DNA of 32,000 bases from Alistipes onderdonkii (GTDB lineage: Bacteria; Bacteroidota; Bacteroidia; Bacteroidales; Rikenellaceae), in assembly GCF_025145285.1 (NCBI RefSeq), contig NZ_CP102251.1, positions 809,645-841,644 of the forward strand. The letters are read 5' to 3'. Below the pieces are notes generated by a model, which was not told where the DNA came from, searched no databases, and saw only the letters and a program-made list of their open reading frames with translations. The position numbers and the translations under genes are program-made. Shown piece by piece: positions 1 through 12,805 of this stretch (positions are counted from its first letter, which is position 1; every line of letters begins with the position of its first letter).

Positions 1-2911
<2,911 letters not shown>

Positions 2912-2945
2912 ATTTGTTCTTCGTTTTTCTTATCCTAAATACACC

Positions 2946-5900
2946 TTACTCGAGTTTGACCGACAGGGCCAGGCCGCGCAACTCGTGCAGCAGCACGTTC
3001 ATGGCCTCGGGAATACCCGGTCTGGGCAGGTTCTCGCCCTTGACGATCGCCTCGTAAGCCTTGGCACGTCCCATCACGTCGTCGGACTTGATGGTCAGAA
3101 TCTCCTGCAGGATGTTCGCGGCGCCGAAGCCTTCGAGCGCCCAAACCTCCATCTCACCGAAACGCTGTCCACCGAACTGGGCCTTACCGCCGAGCGGCTG
3201 CTGCGTGATGAGCGAGTACGGGCCGATCGAACGGGCGTGCATCTTGTCGTCGATCATATGGCCCAGTTTGAGCATGTAGATCACGCCCACCGTAGCCGGC
3301 TGGTCGAACTTCTCGCCGGTGCCGCCGTCGTAGAGGTACGTACGGCCGCTGTGCGGGATGCCCGCCTTGGCGGTGTACTCGTTGATCTGATCGAGCGAGG
3401 CACCGTCGAAGATCGGCGTTGCGAACTTCAGGCCCAACTCGCGGCCGGCCCATCCGAGCACGGTCTCGTAGATCTGTCCCAGGTTCATTCGCGAAGGCAC
3501 ACCCAGCGGGTTCAGGCAGATGTCGACGATCGTACCGTCCTCGAGGAACGGCATATCCTCGTCGCGCACGATACGGGCGACGATACCCTTGTTACCGTGG
3601 CGGCCGGCCATCTTGTCACCCACCTTCAGCTTACGCTTCTTGGCGATGTAAACCTTGGCCATCTGGATAACGCCGGTCTGCGGAAGTTCGTCACCGTTGG
3701 TGATGTTGTACTTCTCGCGCTTGATGACGGCATCGGCCTTCTTCCACTCGATGGTATAATTATTAATGGTAGCTTCGATCAACGCATCGGTATGGGCATC
3801 GCCCGTCCACTTGCACGAGCCGAGGTTCAGGTAACCCATCACCACGCCCGTCTTCTCGTCGGTCGACTTGCGGGCGATCTCCTCAAGCAGTTTCTGCGAG
3901 AACTTCGTGCCTGCGGGATAGAGTTCCACGCCGAAGTAGTCGGTGATGCCCGTCGTGGCCTTGCCCTGGAGCAGCGTCCACAGCTTGGCGACCAGACGCT
4001 TCGTCAGCTCCGAAATCTCGGCTGCGAACTTCTCGTCGAGCTTCTCGAGCTGCGCCTTCTCAGCGCTCTTGCCCTTCTTACCCTCCTTGTTCGCACGGCT
4101 GTAAAGCCTCGTGTCGATGACCACGCCGTGCAGCGACGGCTGCGCCTTGAGCGAAGCGTCCTTCACGTCGCCTGCCTTGTCGCCGAAGATGGCGCGCAGC
4201 AGTTTCTCCTCGGGCGAGGGGTCGCTCTCGCCCTTGGGGGTGATTTTACCGATCAGGATGTCGCCCGGATGTACGTTGGCACCGATGCGGATGATACCGT
4301 TCGCATCGAGGTCTTTGGTGGCGTCCTCGCTTACGTTCGGAATATCCGAGGTCAGCTCCTCGACACCGCGCTTGGTGTCGCGCACCTCCATGATATACTC
4401 GTCGACGTGCACCGACGTGAAGATATCCTCACGCTGGATACGCTCCGAGATCACGATGGCATCCTCGAAGTTGTAACCCTTCCAGGGCATGAACGCCACT
4501 TTCAGGTTGCGGCCCAGGGCCAGCTCGCCGTGTTGCGTCGAGTAACCCTCGGTCAGGATCTGCCCCTTCACGACCTTGTCGCCCGTCAGTACGGCGGGCT
4601 TGAGCGTGATGGAGGTATTCTGGTTCGTACGGCGGTAACGCGGAAGTTCGTAGGTCGTGACTTCCGGTTCGAACGAGGCCAATACCTCGTCTTCCGTACG
4701 CTCGTATTTGATCTGTATCTTGGTAGCGTCGGCGAAAACGACCTCGCCGTCGCCCTCGGCCACAATCTGGATGCGGCTGTCGGAGATCATATCCTTCTCG
4801 ATACCCGTGCCGACGATCGGGGCTTCCGATGTCACCAGGGGCACGGCCTGGCGCATCATGTTCGAGCCCATCAACGCACGGTTGGCGTCGTCGTGCTCGA
4901 GGAACGGGATGAGGCTGGCCGCAATCGAAGCGATCTGGTTCGGAGCCACGTCCATCAGGTTCACCTCGTCCGCCGTAACCACGGGGAAATCGGCTCCCTG
5001 ACGCGCCTTGATACGCTCGGGTTGCAGGAAATTGCCCTCGTCGTCGATCGGCATGTTCGACTGCGCCACAATCTTGCCCTCTTCCTCCTCGGCCGAGTAG
5101 TAGTGGATGTGCGAGTTGTCCAGGTCGATCCGGCCGTTCTCCACCGTGCGGTAAGGCGTCTCGATGAATCCCATCGGTGAAATCTTCGCATAAACGCACA
5201 GCGACGAGATCAGACCGATGTTGGGGCCTTCCGGCGATTCGATCGGGCAGAGGCGGCCGTAGTGCGTGTAGTGTACGTCTCGCACCTCGAAGCCGGCACG
5301 GTCGCGCGAAAGGCCGCCGGGGCCGAGGGCCGACAGACGGCGTTTGTGCGTAATTTCGGCCAGCGGGTTGATCTGATCCATGAACTGCGAGAGCTGCGAC
5401 GTCCCGAAGAACGAGTTGATCACCGACGACAGCGTCTTGGCATTGATCAGGTCGACCGGAGTGAACACCTCGTTGTCACGTACGTTCATGCGCTCGCGGA
5501 TCGTACGCGCCATGCGCACGAAGCCCACCGAGAACTGGTTCGACAACTGTTCGCCCACGGTGCGGACACGGCGGTTCGACAGGTGGTCGATATCGTCGAC
5601 ATCGGCCTTCGAGTTGATCAGCTGGATCAGGTATTTGATGATGGCGATGATGTCCTCGCGCGTCAGCGTGCGGATAGCGGGGTCGATATCCAGATCCAGC
5701 TTCTTGTTGATGCGGTAACGGCCTACGTCGCCCAGGTCGTAACGCTTGTCCGAGAAAAACAGCTTCTCGATGACGTCGCGTGCCGTAGCCTCATCGGGCG
5801 GCTCCGAAGCGCGCAGCTGCCTGTAAATATATACGACAGCCTCCTTCTCGGAGTTGCAGGGGTCTTTCTGCAGGGTATTGTATATGATCGAGAAATCGAT

Positions 5901-6806
5901 GCCCGAGAGGTTTTCCTTATGCAGGAGGATCGTCTTGGCGCCGCTTTCGAGGATCTGCTCCACGTGCTCCTCCTGGAGGACGGTCTCGCGGTCTACGATC
6001 ACGTTGTTACGCTCGATGGAAACCACCTCGCCCGTATCCTCATCCACGAAGTCCTCGACCCAGGTCGAAAGGACGCGTGCGGCGAGTTTGCGGCCGACGG
6101 CCTTCTTGAGATTGGCCTTCGTGACCTTCACTTCGTCCGCCAGGTCGAAAATCTCGAGGATCTGCTGGTCGGCCTCATAACCGATGGCACGCAGCAGCGT
6201 AGTGACGGGCAACTTCTTTTTACGGTCGATGTAGGCATACATCACGTTGTTGATGTCCGTAGCGAACTCTATCCACGAACCCTTGAAGGGGATGATACGC
6301 GCCGAATAGAGTTTCGTGCCGTTGGTGTGCATGCTCTGGCCGAAGAACACACCCGGCGAACGATGCAACTGGGATACGATGACACGCTCCGCACCATTGA
6401 TGACGAACGTACCGCGTTCTGTCATATAGGGAATCGTACCGAAGTACACGTCCTGAACGACGACACCGAAATCCTCGTGCTCGTCGTCCGTGCAGTAAAG
6501 CTTGAGCTTCGCCTTCAGAGGGACGCTGTACGTAAGGCCGCGCTCGAGGCACTCCTCGATCGAATAACGCGGCGGGTCGATATAGTAGTCGATGAACTCC
6601 AGAACGAAATTGTTCCGGGTATCCGTAATGGGGAAATTCTCCTGAAACACCTTGTACAGCCCCTCGCTCTTGCGGTTTTCGGCCGTGGTGTCCATTTGGA
6701 AAAAGTCCCGGAATGATTTAAGCTGTACCTCCAGCAGATCCGGATAGGGCACCCGGTTCTTGACTGTCGAAAAGCTAATTCTTTGTTGTGTTTTTGCTGT
6801 GGACAT
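2946..6806 (-). CDS. rpoB: DNA-directed RNA polymerase subunit beta
   Basis: 1290-aa track ORF with unmistakable RpoB sequence (…[39 protein letters not shown]…, …[12 protein letters not shown]…). The track start at 6818 is a TTG. The first ATG (6806-6804, [12 protein letters not shown]) is the more likely start. Confidence 0.97.
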   Translation of the reverse strand: MSTAKTQQRISFSTVKNRVPYPDLLEVQLKSFRDFFQMDTTAENRKSEGLYKVFQENFPITDTRNNFVLEFIDYYIDPPRYSIEECLERGLTYSVPLKAKLKLYCTDDEHEDFGVVVQDVYFGTIPYMTERGTFVINGAERVIVSQLHRSPGVFFGQSMHTNGTKLYSARIIPFKGSWIEFATDINNVMYAYIDRKKKLPVTTLLRAIGYEADQQILEIFDLADEVKVTKANLKKAVGRKLAARVLSTWVEDFVDEDTGEVVSIERNNVIVDRETVLQEEHVEQILESGAKTILLHKENLSGIDFSIIYNTLQKDPCNSEKEAVVYIYRQLRASEPPDEATARDVIEKLFFSDKRYDLGDVGRYRINKKLDLDIDPAIRTLTREDIIAIIKYLIQLINSKADVDDIDHLSNRRVRTVGEQLSNQFSVGFVRMARTIRERMNVRDNEVFTPVDLINAKTLSSVINSFFGTSQLSQFMDQINPLAEITHKRRLSALGPGGLSRDRAGFEVRDVHYTHYGRLCPIESPEGPNIGLISSLCVYAKISPMGFIETPYRTVENGRIDLDNSHIHYYSAEEEEGKIVAQSNMPIDDEGNFLQPERIKARQGADFPVVTADEVNLMDVAPNQIASIAASLIPFLEHDDANRALMGSNMMRQAVPLVTSEAPIVGTGIEKDMISDSRIQIVAEGDGEVVFADATKIQIKYERTEDEVLASFEPEVTTYELPRYRRTNQNTSITLKPAVLTGDKVVKGQILTEGYSTQHGELALGRNLKVAFMPWKGYNFEDAIVISERIQREDIFTSVHVDEYIMEVRDTKRGVEELTSDIPNVSEDATKDLDANGIIRIGANVHPGDILIGKITPKGESDPSPEEKLLRAIFGDKAGDVKDASLKAQPSLHGVVIDTRLYSRANKEGKKGKSAEKAQLEKLDEKFAAEISELTKRLVAKLWTLLQGKATTGITDYFGVELYPAGTKFSQKLLEEIARKSTDEKTGVVMGYLNLGSCKWTGDAHTDALIEATINNYTIEWKKADAVIKREKYNITNGDELPQTGVIQMAKVYIAKKRKLKVGDKMAGRHGNKGIVARIVRDEDMPFLEDGTIVDICLNPLGVPSRMNLGQIYETVLGWAGRELGLKFATPIFDGASLDQINEYTAKAGIPHSGRTYLYDGGTGEKFDQPATVGVIYMLKLGHMIDDKMHARSIGPYSLITQQPLGGKAQFGGQRFGEMEVWALEGFGAANILQEILTIKSDDVMGRAKAYEAIVKGENLPRPGIPEAMNVLLHELRGLALSVKLE

Positions 6807-6973
6807 CGTAAAATCCAAATTATGTTGAAGTGTAATTCTGGTGGGTTACGCTCCCCGAATTGCTGGGCATCTGATTATCCCGCCAATGCCCCCGTTTGCA
6901 GGCGCAATTCGCCCCGGGAGCATCCATTTCCAAAGAGTGGACACAGCTCCTGTTCGGCACTTCCAGTCTTTAG

Positions 6974-7017
6974 ACCAAGAAAAGGCATAGAGCTTACACG
7001 CCGGTAAGCCCTATACC
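6974..7017 (-). terminator. Attenuator-like hairpin plus U-run in the rplL-rpoB spacer
   Basis: Arms 6984-6997 and 7004-7017. The two mismatches on the + strand become G-U wobbles on the minus-strand RNA, giving a 14-bp stem only in the transcribed sense. It is followed by UUUUCUUGGU (reverse complement of 6974-6983). Confidence 0.5.
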
Positions 7018-7048
7018 TGATTCGTCTGAGCAGACTTAAGCAGCAATG

Positions 7049-7426
7049 CTACTTAAGCTCAACTTCAGCACCAGCCTCCTCGAGCTGAGCCTTGATCGAC
7101 TCGGCCTCTTCCTTGGAGACACCCTCCTTGACGGCCTTGGGAGCACCGTCGACGAGAGCCTTCGCATCACCCAGCGAAAGGCCGGCGATATCCTTAACGA
7201 CCTTGATAACCTGGAGCTTGGCCTGGCCGGCAGTCTTCAGGATCACGTCGAAAGTCGACTTCTCGGCAACAGCAGCCTCGCCTGCGCCGGCAGCGGGAGC
7301 TGCAACGGCAACAGCGGCAGCAGCCGGTTCAATGCCATATTCCTCTTTGAGGATGGTAGCCAATTCGTTTACCTCGGTAACCTTGAGGTTTACCAGTTCT
7401 TCAGCAAGTTTCTTTACGTCTGCCAT
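7049..7426 (-). CDS. rplL: 50S ribosomal protein L7/L12
   Basis: 125 aa, [34 protein letters not shown]… Ala-rich hinge …[51 protein letters not shown]. Conserved position after rplJ. Confidence 0.97.
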   Translation of the reverse strand: MADVKKLAEELVNLKVTEVNELATILKEEYGIEPAAAAVAVAAPAAGAGEAAVAEKSTFDVILKTAGQAKLQVIKVVKDIAGLSLGDAKALVDGAPKAVKEGVSKEEAESIKAQLEEAGAEVELK

Positions 7427-7469
7427 AGTTGTAAGCTTATTAAATTTCGTTTTTAATTCTTGGTTGTGA

Positions 7470-7994
7470 TTAGTTGTTTCTCGATTCGAGCGTCTTCACG
7501 ATGCCCGCAATCTTTTGGCCTGCATTAGCCTGCAATGCAGAAATAACATTCTTCGCCGGGGACTGGAGCAGGGCAATGATATCGCCGATAAGCTCTTCCT
7601 TCGACTTGATGTTGCACAGAGCGTCCAACTGATTGTCGCCCACGTAAACGCACCCTTCGGCGAAAGCCGCCTTCAGGACGGGCTTCTCGGACTTCTTGCG
7701 GAATTCCTTGATCAGAACCGCAGGAGCCTTCGCTACGTTCGCAAACATAATCGAGGTGGAACCCTCCAATACTTTTACCAGTTCAGCGTCAGCCTTCTCA
7801 ACCTTCTCGAGCGCCTTGGCCAGCAGCGTGTTCTTCACTACGACCAGTTTGATGTCGCTCTCGTAGCACTTGCGGCGCAGGGCAGCGGTCTGCTCGGCGT
7901 TCAGTGCCTCGATGTCGGCGATGTAGAAGTGAGGATAAGCCTGGAGCTGCTCGGCGATGGCGTTAATAACGACCAGTTTTTCTTCCTTTGTCAT
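7470..7994 (-). CDS. rplJ: 50S ribosomal protein L10
   Basis: 174 aa, lying between rplA and rplL. L10-like sequence (…[22 protein letters not shown]…). Confidence 0.93.
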   Translation of the reverse strand: MTKEEKLVVINAIAEQLQAYPHFYIADIEALNAEQTAALRRKCYESDIKLVVVKNTLLAKALEKVEKADAELVKVLEGSTSIMFANVAKAPAVLIKEFRKKSEKPVLKAAFAEGCVYVGDNQLDALCNIKSKEELIGDIIALLQSPAKNVISALQANAGQKIAGIVKTLESRNN

Positions 7995-8010
7995 CTCTTC
8001 TCTCCTCCTT

Positions 8011-8709
8011 CTATTTGGTTTCTACTGATTTGGAATCAATCTGCAAGCCGGGACTCATCGTGGTCGAGAGATAAATACTCTTCACATAAGAACCTTTAGC
8101 AGCAGCCGGTTTCAGTTTGAGAATCATGCCCAGCACCTCTTTCGCGTTCTCCACGATCTGGTCTTCCGAGAATGAAACCTTACCTACCGAAGTGTGGATG
8201 ATACCGAATTTGTCGACCTTGAAGTCGATCTTACCCGATTTCACCTCCTGAACGGCCTTGCCGACTTCCATCGTAACCGTACCGGTCTTGGGGTTCGGCA
8301 TCAGGCCGCGGGGCCCCAGAATACGGCCCAGCGCACCGACCTTACCCATTACGTTCGGCGTACAGATGATGACGTCGACGTCAGTCCAGCCGGACTTGAT
8401 CTTGTCGACATACTCGTCCAGGCCTACGTAATCGGCACCGGCAGCCTGTGCTTCGGCCTCCTTTTCGGGAGTACAGAGCACGAGCACCCGCACCTGCTTA
8501 CCCGTACCGTGAGGCAGCGTCACGACGCCGCGCACCATCTGGTTGGCCTTGCGGGGGTCAACGCCCAGGCGGACGTCGATATCAACGGACGCGTCGAATT
8601 TCGTGAACGTAATTTCCTTCAGAAGAGCGGCGGCCTCCGAGAGCTTGTAAGCCTTAGCGGCTTCCACCTTAGCGTAGGCGATCTTTTGATTTTTTGTCAA
8701 CTTACTCAT
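8011..8709 (-). CDS. rplA: 50S ribosomal protein L1
   Basis: 232 aa, MSKLTKNQK…[34 protein letters not shown]…, typical L1; follows rplK. Confidence 0.96.
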   Translation of the reverse strand: MSKLTKNQKIAYAKVEAAKAYKLSEAAALLKEITFTKFDASVDIDVRLGVDPRKANQMVRGVVTLPHGTGKQVRVLVLCTPEKEAEAQAAGADYVGLDEYVDKIKSGWTDVDVIICTPNVMGKVGALGRILGPRGLMPNPKTGTVTMEVGKAVQEVKSGKIDFKVDKFGIIHTSVGKVSFSEDQIVENAKEVLGMILKLKPAAAKGSYVKSIYLSTTMSPGLQIDSKSVETK

Positions 8710-8715
8710 CTTCGA

Positions 8716-9156
8716 TTACATATTAGGAAATTCACCGACGACGTTGATACCCATACTACGAGCGGTACCAGCAATCATACGCATAGCAGCTTCCAGGGTA
8801 AAGCAGTTCATGTCAGGCATTTTGTCCTGAGCAATCTCGCGCACCTGATCCCACGTCACCTGACCGACCTTGTCGCGGTTAGGCTGTGCGGAACCCTTCT
8901 GCACCTTGGCTGCTTCCTTGAGCTGAATAGCTACAGGCGGCTGTTTTACAACGAAATCAAACGACTTGTCGCTGTAAACCGTGATGATGACCGGAAGAAC
9001 TTTTCCTGCCTTGTCCTGGGTACGCGCATTGAACTGCTTGCAGAAGTCCATGATGTTGACTCCCTTAGAACCCAATGCGGGACCAACCGGGGGCGAAGGA
9101 TTGGCGGCACCACCTTTGATCTGCAATTTAATAAATGCAGCAACCTCTTTTGCCAT
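8716..9156 (-). CDS. rplK: 50S ribosomal protein L11
   Basis: 146 aa, [44 protein letters not shown]…, the canonical L11 N-terminus. Confidence 0.97.
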   Translation of the reverse strand: MAKEVAAFIKLQIKGGAANPSPPVGPALGSKGVNIMDFCKQFNARTQDKAGKVLPVIITVYSDKSFDFVVKQPPVAIQLKEAAKVQKGSAQPNRDKVGQVTWDQVREIAQDKMPDMNCFTLEAAMRMIAGTARSMGINVVGEFPNM

Positions 9157-9172
9157 AGTTTTCCTTGGTTAA

Positions 9173-9733
9173 TTATTCTTTTTCTACTTGTGTGAAACCC
9201 AACTCCATAGGAGTTTTGCGCCCGAATATCTTCACCGATACCGTGAGTTTCTTGCGCTCGTTGTCGACGGCCTCGATGGTACCCTGGAAGCTTGAGAAAG
9301 GGCCATCGGTGACCTTGACGGTCTCGCCGACAAAGAATGGAACTTCGTTTTCCTCCTCCATGGCATTCATCTCGTCGACGCGGCCGAGGATTCGCGCCAC
9401 CTCCTGCGGACGCAGGGGCGTGGCATTCATCTTGCGGCTGTCCTCCTTGGTATCGCCGAGGAAACCCAGCACATTGGGAGTATTACGAATTATAATCGGA
9501 ATCTGACCTACGAACGCGGCTTCCACCAACACATAGCCCGGATATGAAACCTTCTCCTTGGAGACTTTCTTTCCGTTGCGGATGGTATAGACCTTTTCGG
9601 TGGGAATCAGTACCTGAGATATGTAATCCTCTAGGTGGTTGTGGCGAATCTCGGCTTCGATGTACTCTTTGACCTTGTTCTCCTTACCGCCGATGGCACG
9701 GACGACATACCACTGTTTTTTAATCTCGCTCAT
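9173..9733 (-). CDS. nusG: Transcription termination/antitermination factor NusG
   Basis: The track ORF (9173..9895) overlaps secE. The internal ATG at 9733-9731 gives MSEIKKQWYVVRAIGGKENKVKEYIE… (NGN domain) and a C-terminal KOW (…GETVKVTDGPFSSFQGTIEAV…). Conserved secE-nusG-rplK order. Confidence 0.93.
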   Translation of the reverse strand: MSEIKKQWYVVRAIGGKENKVKEYIEAEIRHNHLEDYISQVLIPTEKVYTIRNGKKVSKEKVSYPGYVLVEAAFVGQIPIIIRNTPNVLGFLGDTKEDSRKMNATPLRPQEVARILGRVDEMNAMEEENEVPFFVGETVKVTDGPFSSFQGTIEAVDNERKKLTVSVKIFGRKTPMELGFTQVEKE

Positions 9734-9747
9734 CGTTTCAGCAACAA

Positions 9748-9945
9748 TTAACGGCCAAAACCACCCAGTACCTTGTAAATCACAGCCATCAGGTTCTCGA
9801 ACGACAAGTCCATCGCCAATACGACGACAGCGAAGATGACCGAAGCCACCATCACGACGATCGTAGAGTTCTGGAGCTGCGGGAACGTAGGCCACGTCAC
9901 CTTGTTTACAAGCTCGTTGTAGGATTCTTTAACGTAATTGAACAT
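9748..9945 (-). CDS. secE: Preprotein translocase subunit SecE
   Basis: The ATG at 9945-9943 gives a 65-aa protein, MFNYVKESYNELVNKVTWPTFPQLQNSTIVVMVASVIFAVVVLAMD…, with a single TM helix. It sits between tRNA-Trp and nusG. The track start (9996) would overlap the tRNA. Confidence 0.85.
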   Translation of the reverse strand: MFNYVKESYNELVNKVTWPTFPQLQNSTIVVMVASVIFAVVVLAMDLSFENLMAVIYKVLGGFGR

Positions 9946-9963
9946 ATCTTCTTCTTTTACTTT

Positions 9964-10037
9964 TGGCAGGAGCAGAGAGATTCGAACTCCCATCAACGGT
10001 TTTGGAGACCGCTATTCTACCCTTGAACTATGCTCCT
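9964..10037 (-). tRNA. tRNA-Trp (anticodon CCA), 3' CCA encoded
   Basis: The reverse complement is AGGAGCATAGTTCAAGGGTAGAATAGCGGTCTCCAAAACCGTTGATGGGAGTTCGAATCTCTCTGCTCCTGCCA. It has a 7-bp acceptor stem, anticodon loop CTCCAAA and T-loop TTCGAAT. Confidence 0.93.
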
Positions 10038-10070
10038 AAAAGCGGGAAGCGGTGCGGAACACCGCTTCCC
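10038..10070 (-). terminator. Hairpin downstream of tuf that abuts the tRNA-Trp 5' end; a leaky terminator or processing signal
   Basis: Perfect 11-bp stem (10044-10054 pairs with 10060-10070) with a 5-nt loop. On the minus strand it is followed by only GCUUUU before the tRNA starts. Confidence 0.5.
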
Positions 10071-10084
10071 TATGGTTGTGAAAA

Positions 10085-11272
10085 TTATTTCACGATCTTC
10101 AGGATCTGACCGGCACCTACCGTACGGCCACCCTCGCGGATTGCGAAACGCAGACCTTCGTTGATAGCTACGGGGTAGATCAGTTTCACGGTGATGGTTA
10201 CGTGGTCACCCGGCATAACCATGTCAACGCCTGCGGGCAGATGAACCTCGCCCGTTACGTCCATCGTACGCAGATAGAACTGGGGACGATAGTTGTTGTG
10301 GAACGGAGTGTGACGGCCACCTTCCTCTTTCTTCAGGATGTAGACCTCAGCCTCGAACTCGGTGTGCGGAGTGATCGAACCCGGTTTGGCAACGACCATG
10401 CCGCGCTTAACCTCCTTCTTGTCGATACCGCGGAGCAGCAGACCTACGTTGTCGCCGGCCTCACCCTCGTCGAGCAGCTTGCGGAACATCTCGACACCGG
10501 TGCAGGTCGAAGTCAGGGTCTTCTCCTCGAGACCTACGATCTCAACGGGATCACCCACGTGGATGATACCGGTCTCGATACGGCCCGTTACGACGGTACC
10601 ACGGCCGGTGATCGAGAATACGTCCTCGACAGGCATCAGGAACGGCTTCTCGTTCTCACGCTGCGGGATCGGAATATAGGTGTCGACAGCATCCATGAGC
10701 TCCATGATCTTGTCCTCCCACTGCGGCTCGCCGTTCAGGCCGCCGAGTGCGGAACCACGGATAACGGGCGCGTTGTCACCGTCGTACTCGTATTTCGAAA
10801 GCAGGTCGCGAACCTCCATCTCGACCAGGTCGAGCATTTCGGGATCGTCGACCATGTCGCACTTGTTCAGGAAAACTACAATACGCGGCACGTTCACCTG
10901 ACGGGCGAGCAGCACGTGCTCGTTGGTCTGGGGCATCGGGCCGTCCGTTGCAGCGACTACCAGGATGGCACCGTCCATCTGGGCGGCACCCGTAACCATG
11001 TTCTTCACATAGTCGGCGTGACCCGGGCAGTCCACGTGAGCATAGTGACGGTTAGCCGTCTGGTACTCGACGTGCGAGGTGTTGATCGTGATACCACGCT
11101 CTTTCTCCTCGGGAGCGTTGTCGATGGAGTCGAACGAGCGGAGCTCCGACAGACCTTTCTTTGCCAGAACGGTCGTGATTGCGGCGGTAAGAGTGGTCTT
11201 ACCGTGGTCAACGTGTCCGATGGTACCGATGTTCACATGCGGTTTCGAACGGTCGAATTTTTCTTTTGCCAT
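10085..11272 (-). CDS. tuf: Elongation factor Tu
   Basis: 395 aa, [33 protein letters not shown]…[26 protein letters not shown]…. Confidence 0.98.
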   Translation of the reverse strand: MAKEKFDRSKPHVNIGTIGHVDHGKTTLTAAITTVLAKKGLSELRSFDSIDNAPEEKERGITINTSHVEYQTANRHYAHVDCPGHADYVKNMVTGAAQMDGAILVVAATDGPMPQTNEHVLLARQVNVPRIVVFLNKCDMVDDPEMLDLVEMEVRDLLSKYEYDGDNAPVIRGSALGGLNGEPQWEDKIMELMDAVDTYIPIPQRENEKPFLMPVEDVFSITGRGTVVTGRIETGIIHVGDPVEIVGLEEKTLTSTCTGVEMFRKLLDEGEAGDNVGLLLRGIDKKEVKRGMVVAKPGSITPHTEFEAEVYILKKEEGGRHTPFHNNYRPQFYLRTMDVTGEVHLPAGVDMVMPGDHVTITVKLIYPVAINEGLRFAIREGGRTVGAGQILKIVK

Positions 11273-11401
11273 AGTATTAAGTATTTAAAGTATTGTTAAA
11301 AATTGCTTTAAAGTTTTAAAATTCATTTCGCAGAACAAGCGGGCGACACAAACGTCCCCGCTACGCCGGCTGGGGTCATCCGTATCACACGCGTCTGCGT
11401 C

Positions 11402-11477
11402 TGGAGCGGAAGACGAGGCTCAAACTCGCGACCCTCAGCTTGGAAGGCTGATGCTCTATCAACTGAGCTACTTCCGC
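11402..11477 (-). tRNA. tRNA-Gly (anticodon TCC), CCA encoded
   Basis: The reverse complement is GCGGAAGTAGCTCAGTTGATAGAGCATCAGCCTTCCAAGCTGAGGGTCGCGAGTTTGAGCCTCGTCTTCCGCTCCA. Confidence 0.92.
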
Positions 11478-11571
11478 AAAAATATACCGTATCAGAGTCA
11501 GCCCTCTCCCTCCGCGATGCCCGCAGGCGGACACCACTGGAAATCTTGCAACTCCAACCGGCACTTTTTAG

Positions 11572-11654
11572 TGGGAAGTGATGGATTCGAACCACCGAAG
11601 GCGTACGCCAGCAGATTTACAGTCTGCCCCATTTGGCCACTCTGGTAACTTCCC
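11572..11654 (-). tRNA. tRNA-Tyr (anticodon GTA), long variable arm
   Basis: The reverse complement is GGGAAGTTACCAGAGTGGCCAAATGGGGCAGACTGTAAATCTGCTGGCGTACGCCTTCGGTGGTTCGAATCCATCACTTCCCA. Confidence 0.92.
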
Positions 11655-11771
11655 AAATTGTCTGCCCCGAACGGACGGATCCCGCATTGCGCCGAATCCC
11701 CTCTGAGGCTTTCGTCCTGCCGCTGCCCGGTTTGTGCGGGGATTTCTCCCCTCCCTCGCGTCGGCTTTCCG

Positions 11772-11845
11772 AGCCGATGGAGGGATTCGAACCCCCGACC
11801 AGCTGATTACAAATCAGCTGCTCTGGCCAACTGAGCTACATCGGC
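11772..11845 (-). tRNA. tRNA-Thr (anticodon TGT)
   Basis: The reverse complement is GCCGATGTAGCTCAGTTGGCCAGAGCAGCTGATTTGTAATCAGCTGGTCGGGGGTTCGAATCCCTCCATCGGCT; anticodon loop TTTGTAA. Confidence 0.9.
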
Positions 11846-11866
11846 AAAATCAACCGTTTTGGATTG

Positions 11867-11874
11867 CAAAAGTA
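11867..11874 (-). promoter_or_regulatory. Bacteroidota -7 box TACTTTTG for the tRNA-Thr/Tyr/Gly-tuf transcript
   Basis: The reverse complement of caaaagta matches TAnnTTTG, 22 nt upstream of the tRNA-Thr 5' end. Confidence 0.5.
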
Positions 11875-12147
11875 GGCATAAAAAATTTACCAGCCAAATA
11901 AATCCCGATAAATTTTCTACTTTTTTACTCTTCTCAAAGAACGTCATTCAGCCGCCATTATTTCAGGGGTGAAATCGGGTGCAAAGATAGGAAAAGTTTT
12001 ATATTTTACAACAGCTTATCCGAAAAATATCACCCCGGCGGCCGAAGGTTGCCACCGTCCCGCCCGGAAAGGCACCGTCCCGCACCACAAGCCCTGGCCA
12101 AAAGCCGCCACACCTATTTATAATAATAGAAATCACGGAAAATTCGT

Positions 12148-12155
12148 TATCTTTG
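12148..12155 (+). promoter_or_regulatory. -7 box TATCTTTG for the GNAT gene
   Basis: Matches TAnnTTTG, 22 nt upstream of the ATG at 12177. Confidence 0.45.
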
Positions 12156-12176
12156 GCCCGACAAACACAGTATGCC

Positions 12177-12701
12177 ATGAACGCGACACCCCTGCCCGAC
12201 GGCTTCGGGTTACGCCCGCTCCGTGCGGACGACACCCCGGACATCTTCACGGCCATAGACACGCAGCGCGAACACCTCGGGCGCTGGCTCCCGTTCGTAG
12301 CCGCGACGCACCGCGTGGAACAGACCCGCGAAGTGGTCGCCGCCATGCTGGCCGACCCGGCCAACCCGGTCTTCACGCTGCGTGTCGGGGATGCCTTCGC
12401 GGGGCTTATCGGGTTCAAATCGGCGGACAGTCGCACCCGCACCATCGAGATCGGCTACTGGCTTCGCTCCGAATACCAGGGACGGGGACTCATGACCGCA
12501 GCTGCAGAAGCGCTCTGCCGCATGGCCTTCGGGCAAATGGGCATGGAGAATGTCGAAATCAAATGCGCCGCAGGCAACCTGCGGAGCAACCGGATCCCGC
12601 TGCGCCTCGGCTTTCGGCTCGACCGCATCGAAGTACGCGGCGAGCAGCTCGCCGACGGGGAATTCACCGACCTCAACGTATACCGGCTGCCGCGCCCCTG
12701 A
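12177..12701 (+). CDS. GNAT family N-acetyltransferase (RimJ/RimL-like)
   Basis: MNATPLPDGFGLRPLRADD…IEIGYWLRSEYQGRGLMTAAAEALCRMAF…VEIKCAAGNLRSNRIPLRLGF, the motif pattern of RimJ/RimL-type acetyltransferases. The start was moved to the first ATG after the promoter box; the track start 12153 lies within the -7 box. Confidence 0.8.
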   Translation: MNATPLPDGFGLRPLRADDTPDIFTAIDTQREHLGRWLPFVAATHRVEQTREVVAAMLADPANPVFTLRVGDAFAGLIGFKSADSRTRTIEIGYWLRSEYQGRGLMTAAAEALCRMAFGQMGMENVEIKCAAGNLRSNRIPLRLGFRLDRIEVRGEQLADGEFTDLNVYRLPRP

Positions 12702-12703
12702 AA

Positions 12704-12726
12704 CAAAAAACCGGGAAGGCGTTCCC
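12704..12726 (-). terminator. Weak terminator candidate downstream of the AraC gene
   Basis: On the minus strand, GGGAA-CGCC-TTCCC (5-bp stem) is followed by GGUUUUUUGUUU. The stem is short, so confidence is low. Confidence 0.3.
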
Positions 12727-12805
12727 TCCCTGTTCCAACTCCCGACAACAAACCCACGCTGCCGGCACAGCCTCGTCCCAGTCCGGGCCGGGACGACCGA
12801 CAGGG

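Noticed and set aside
9734-9996. N-terminal extensions of the nusG (to 9895) and secE (to 9996) track ORFs.
   Set aside because: The extensions would overlap the upstream gene or the tRNA-Trp and add non-homologous residues. The internal ATGs give canonical NusG and SecE N-termini.
11323-11648. ORFs 11323..11595 (-) and 11451..11648 (+) in the tRNA cluster.
   Set aside because: They overlap tRNA-Gly and tRNA-Tyr, whose cloverleaves fold cleanly, so they are spurious.
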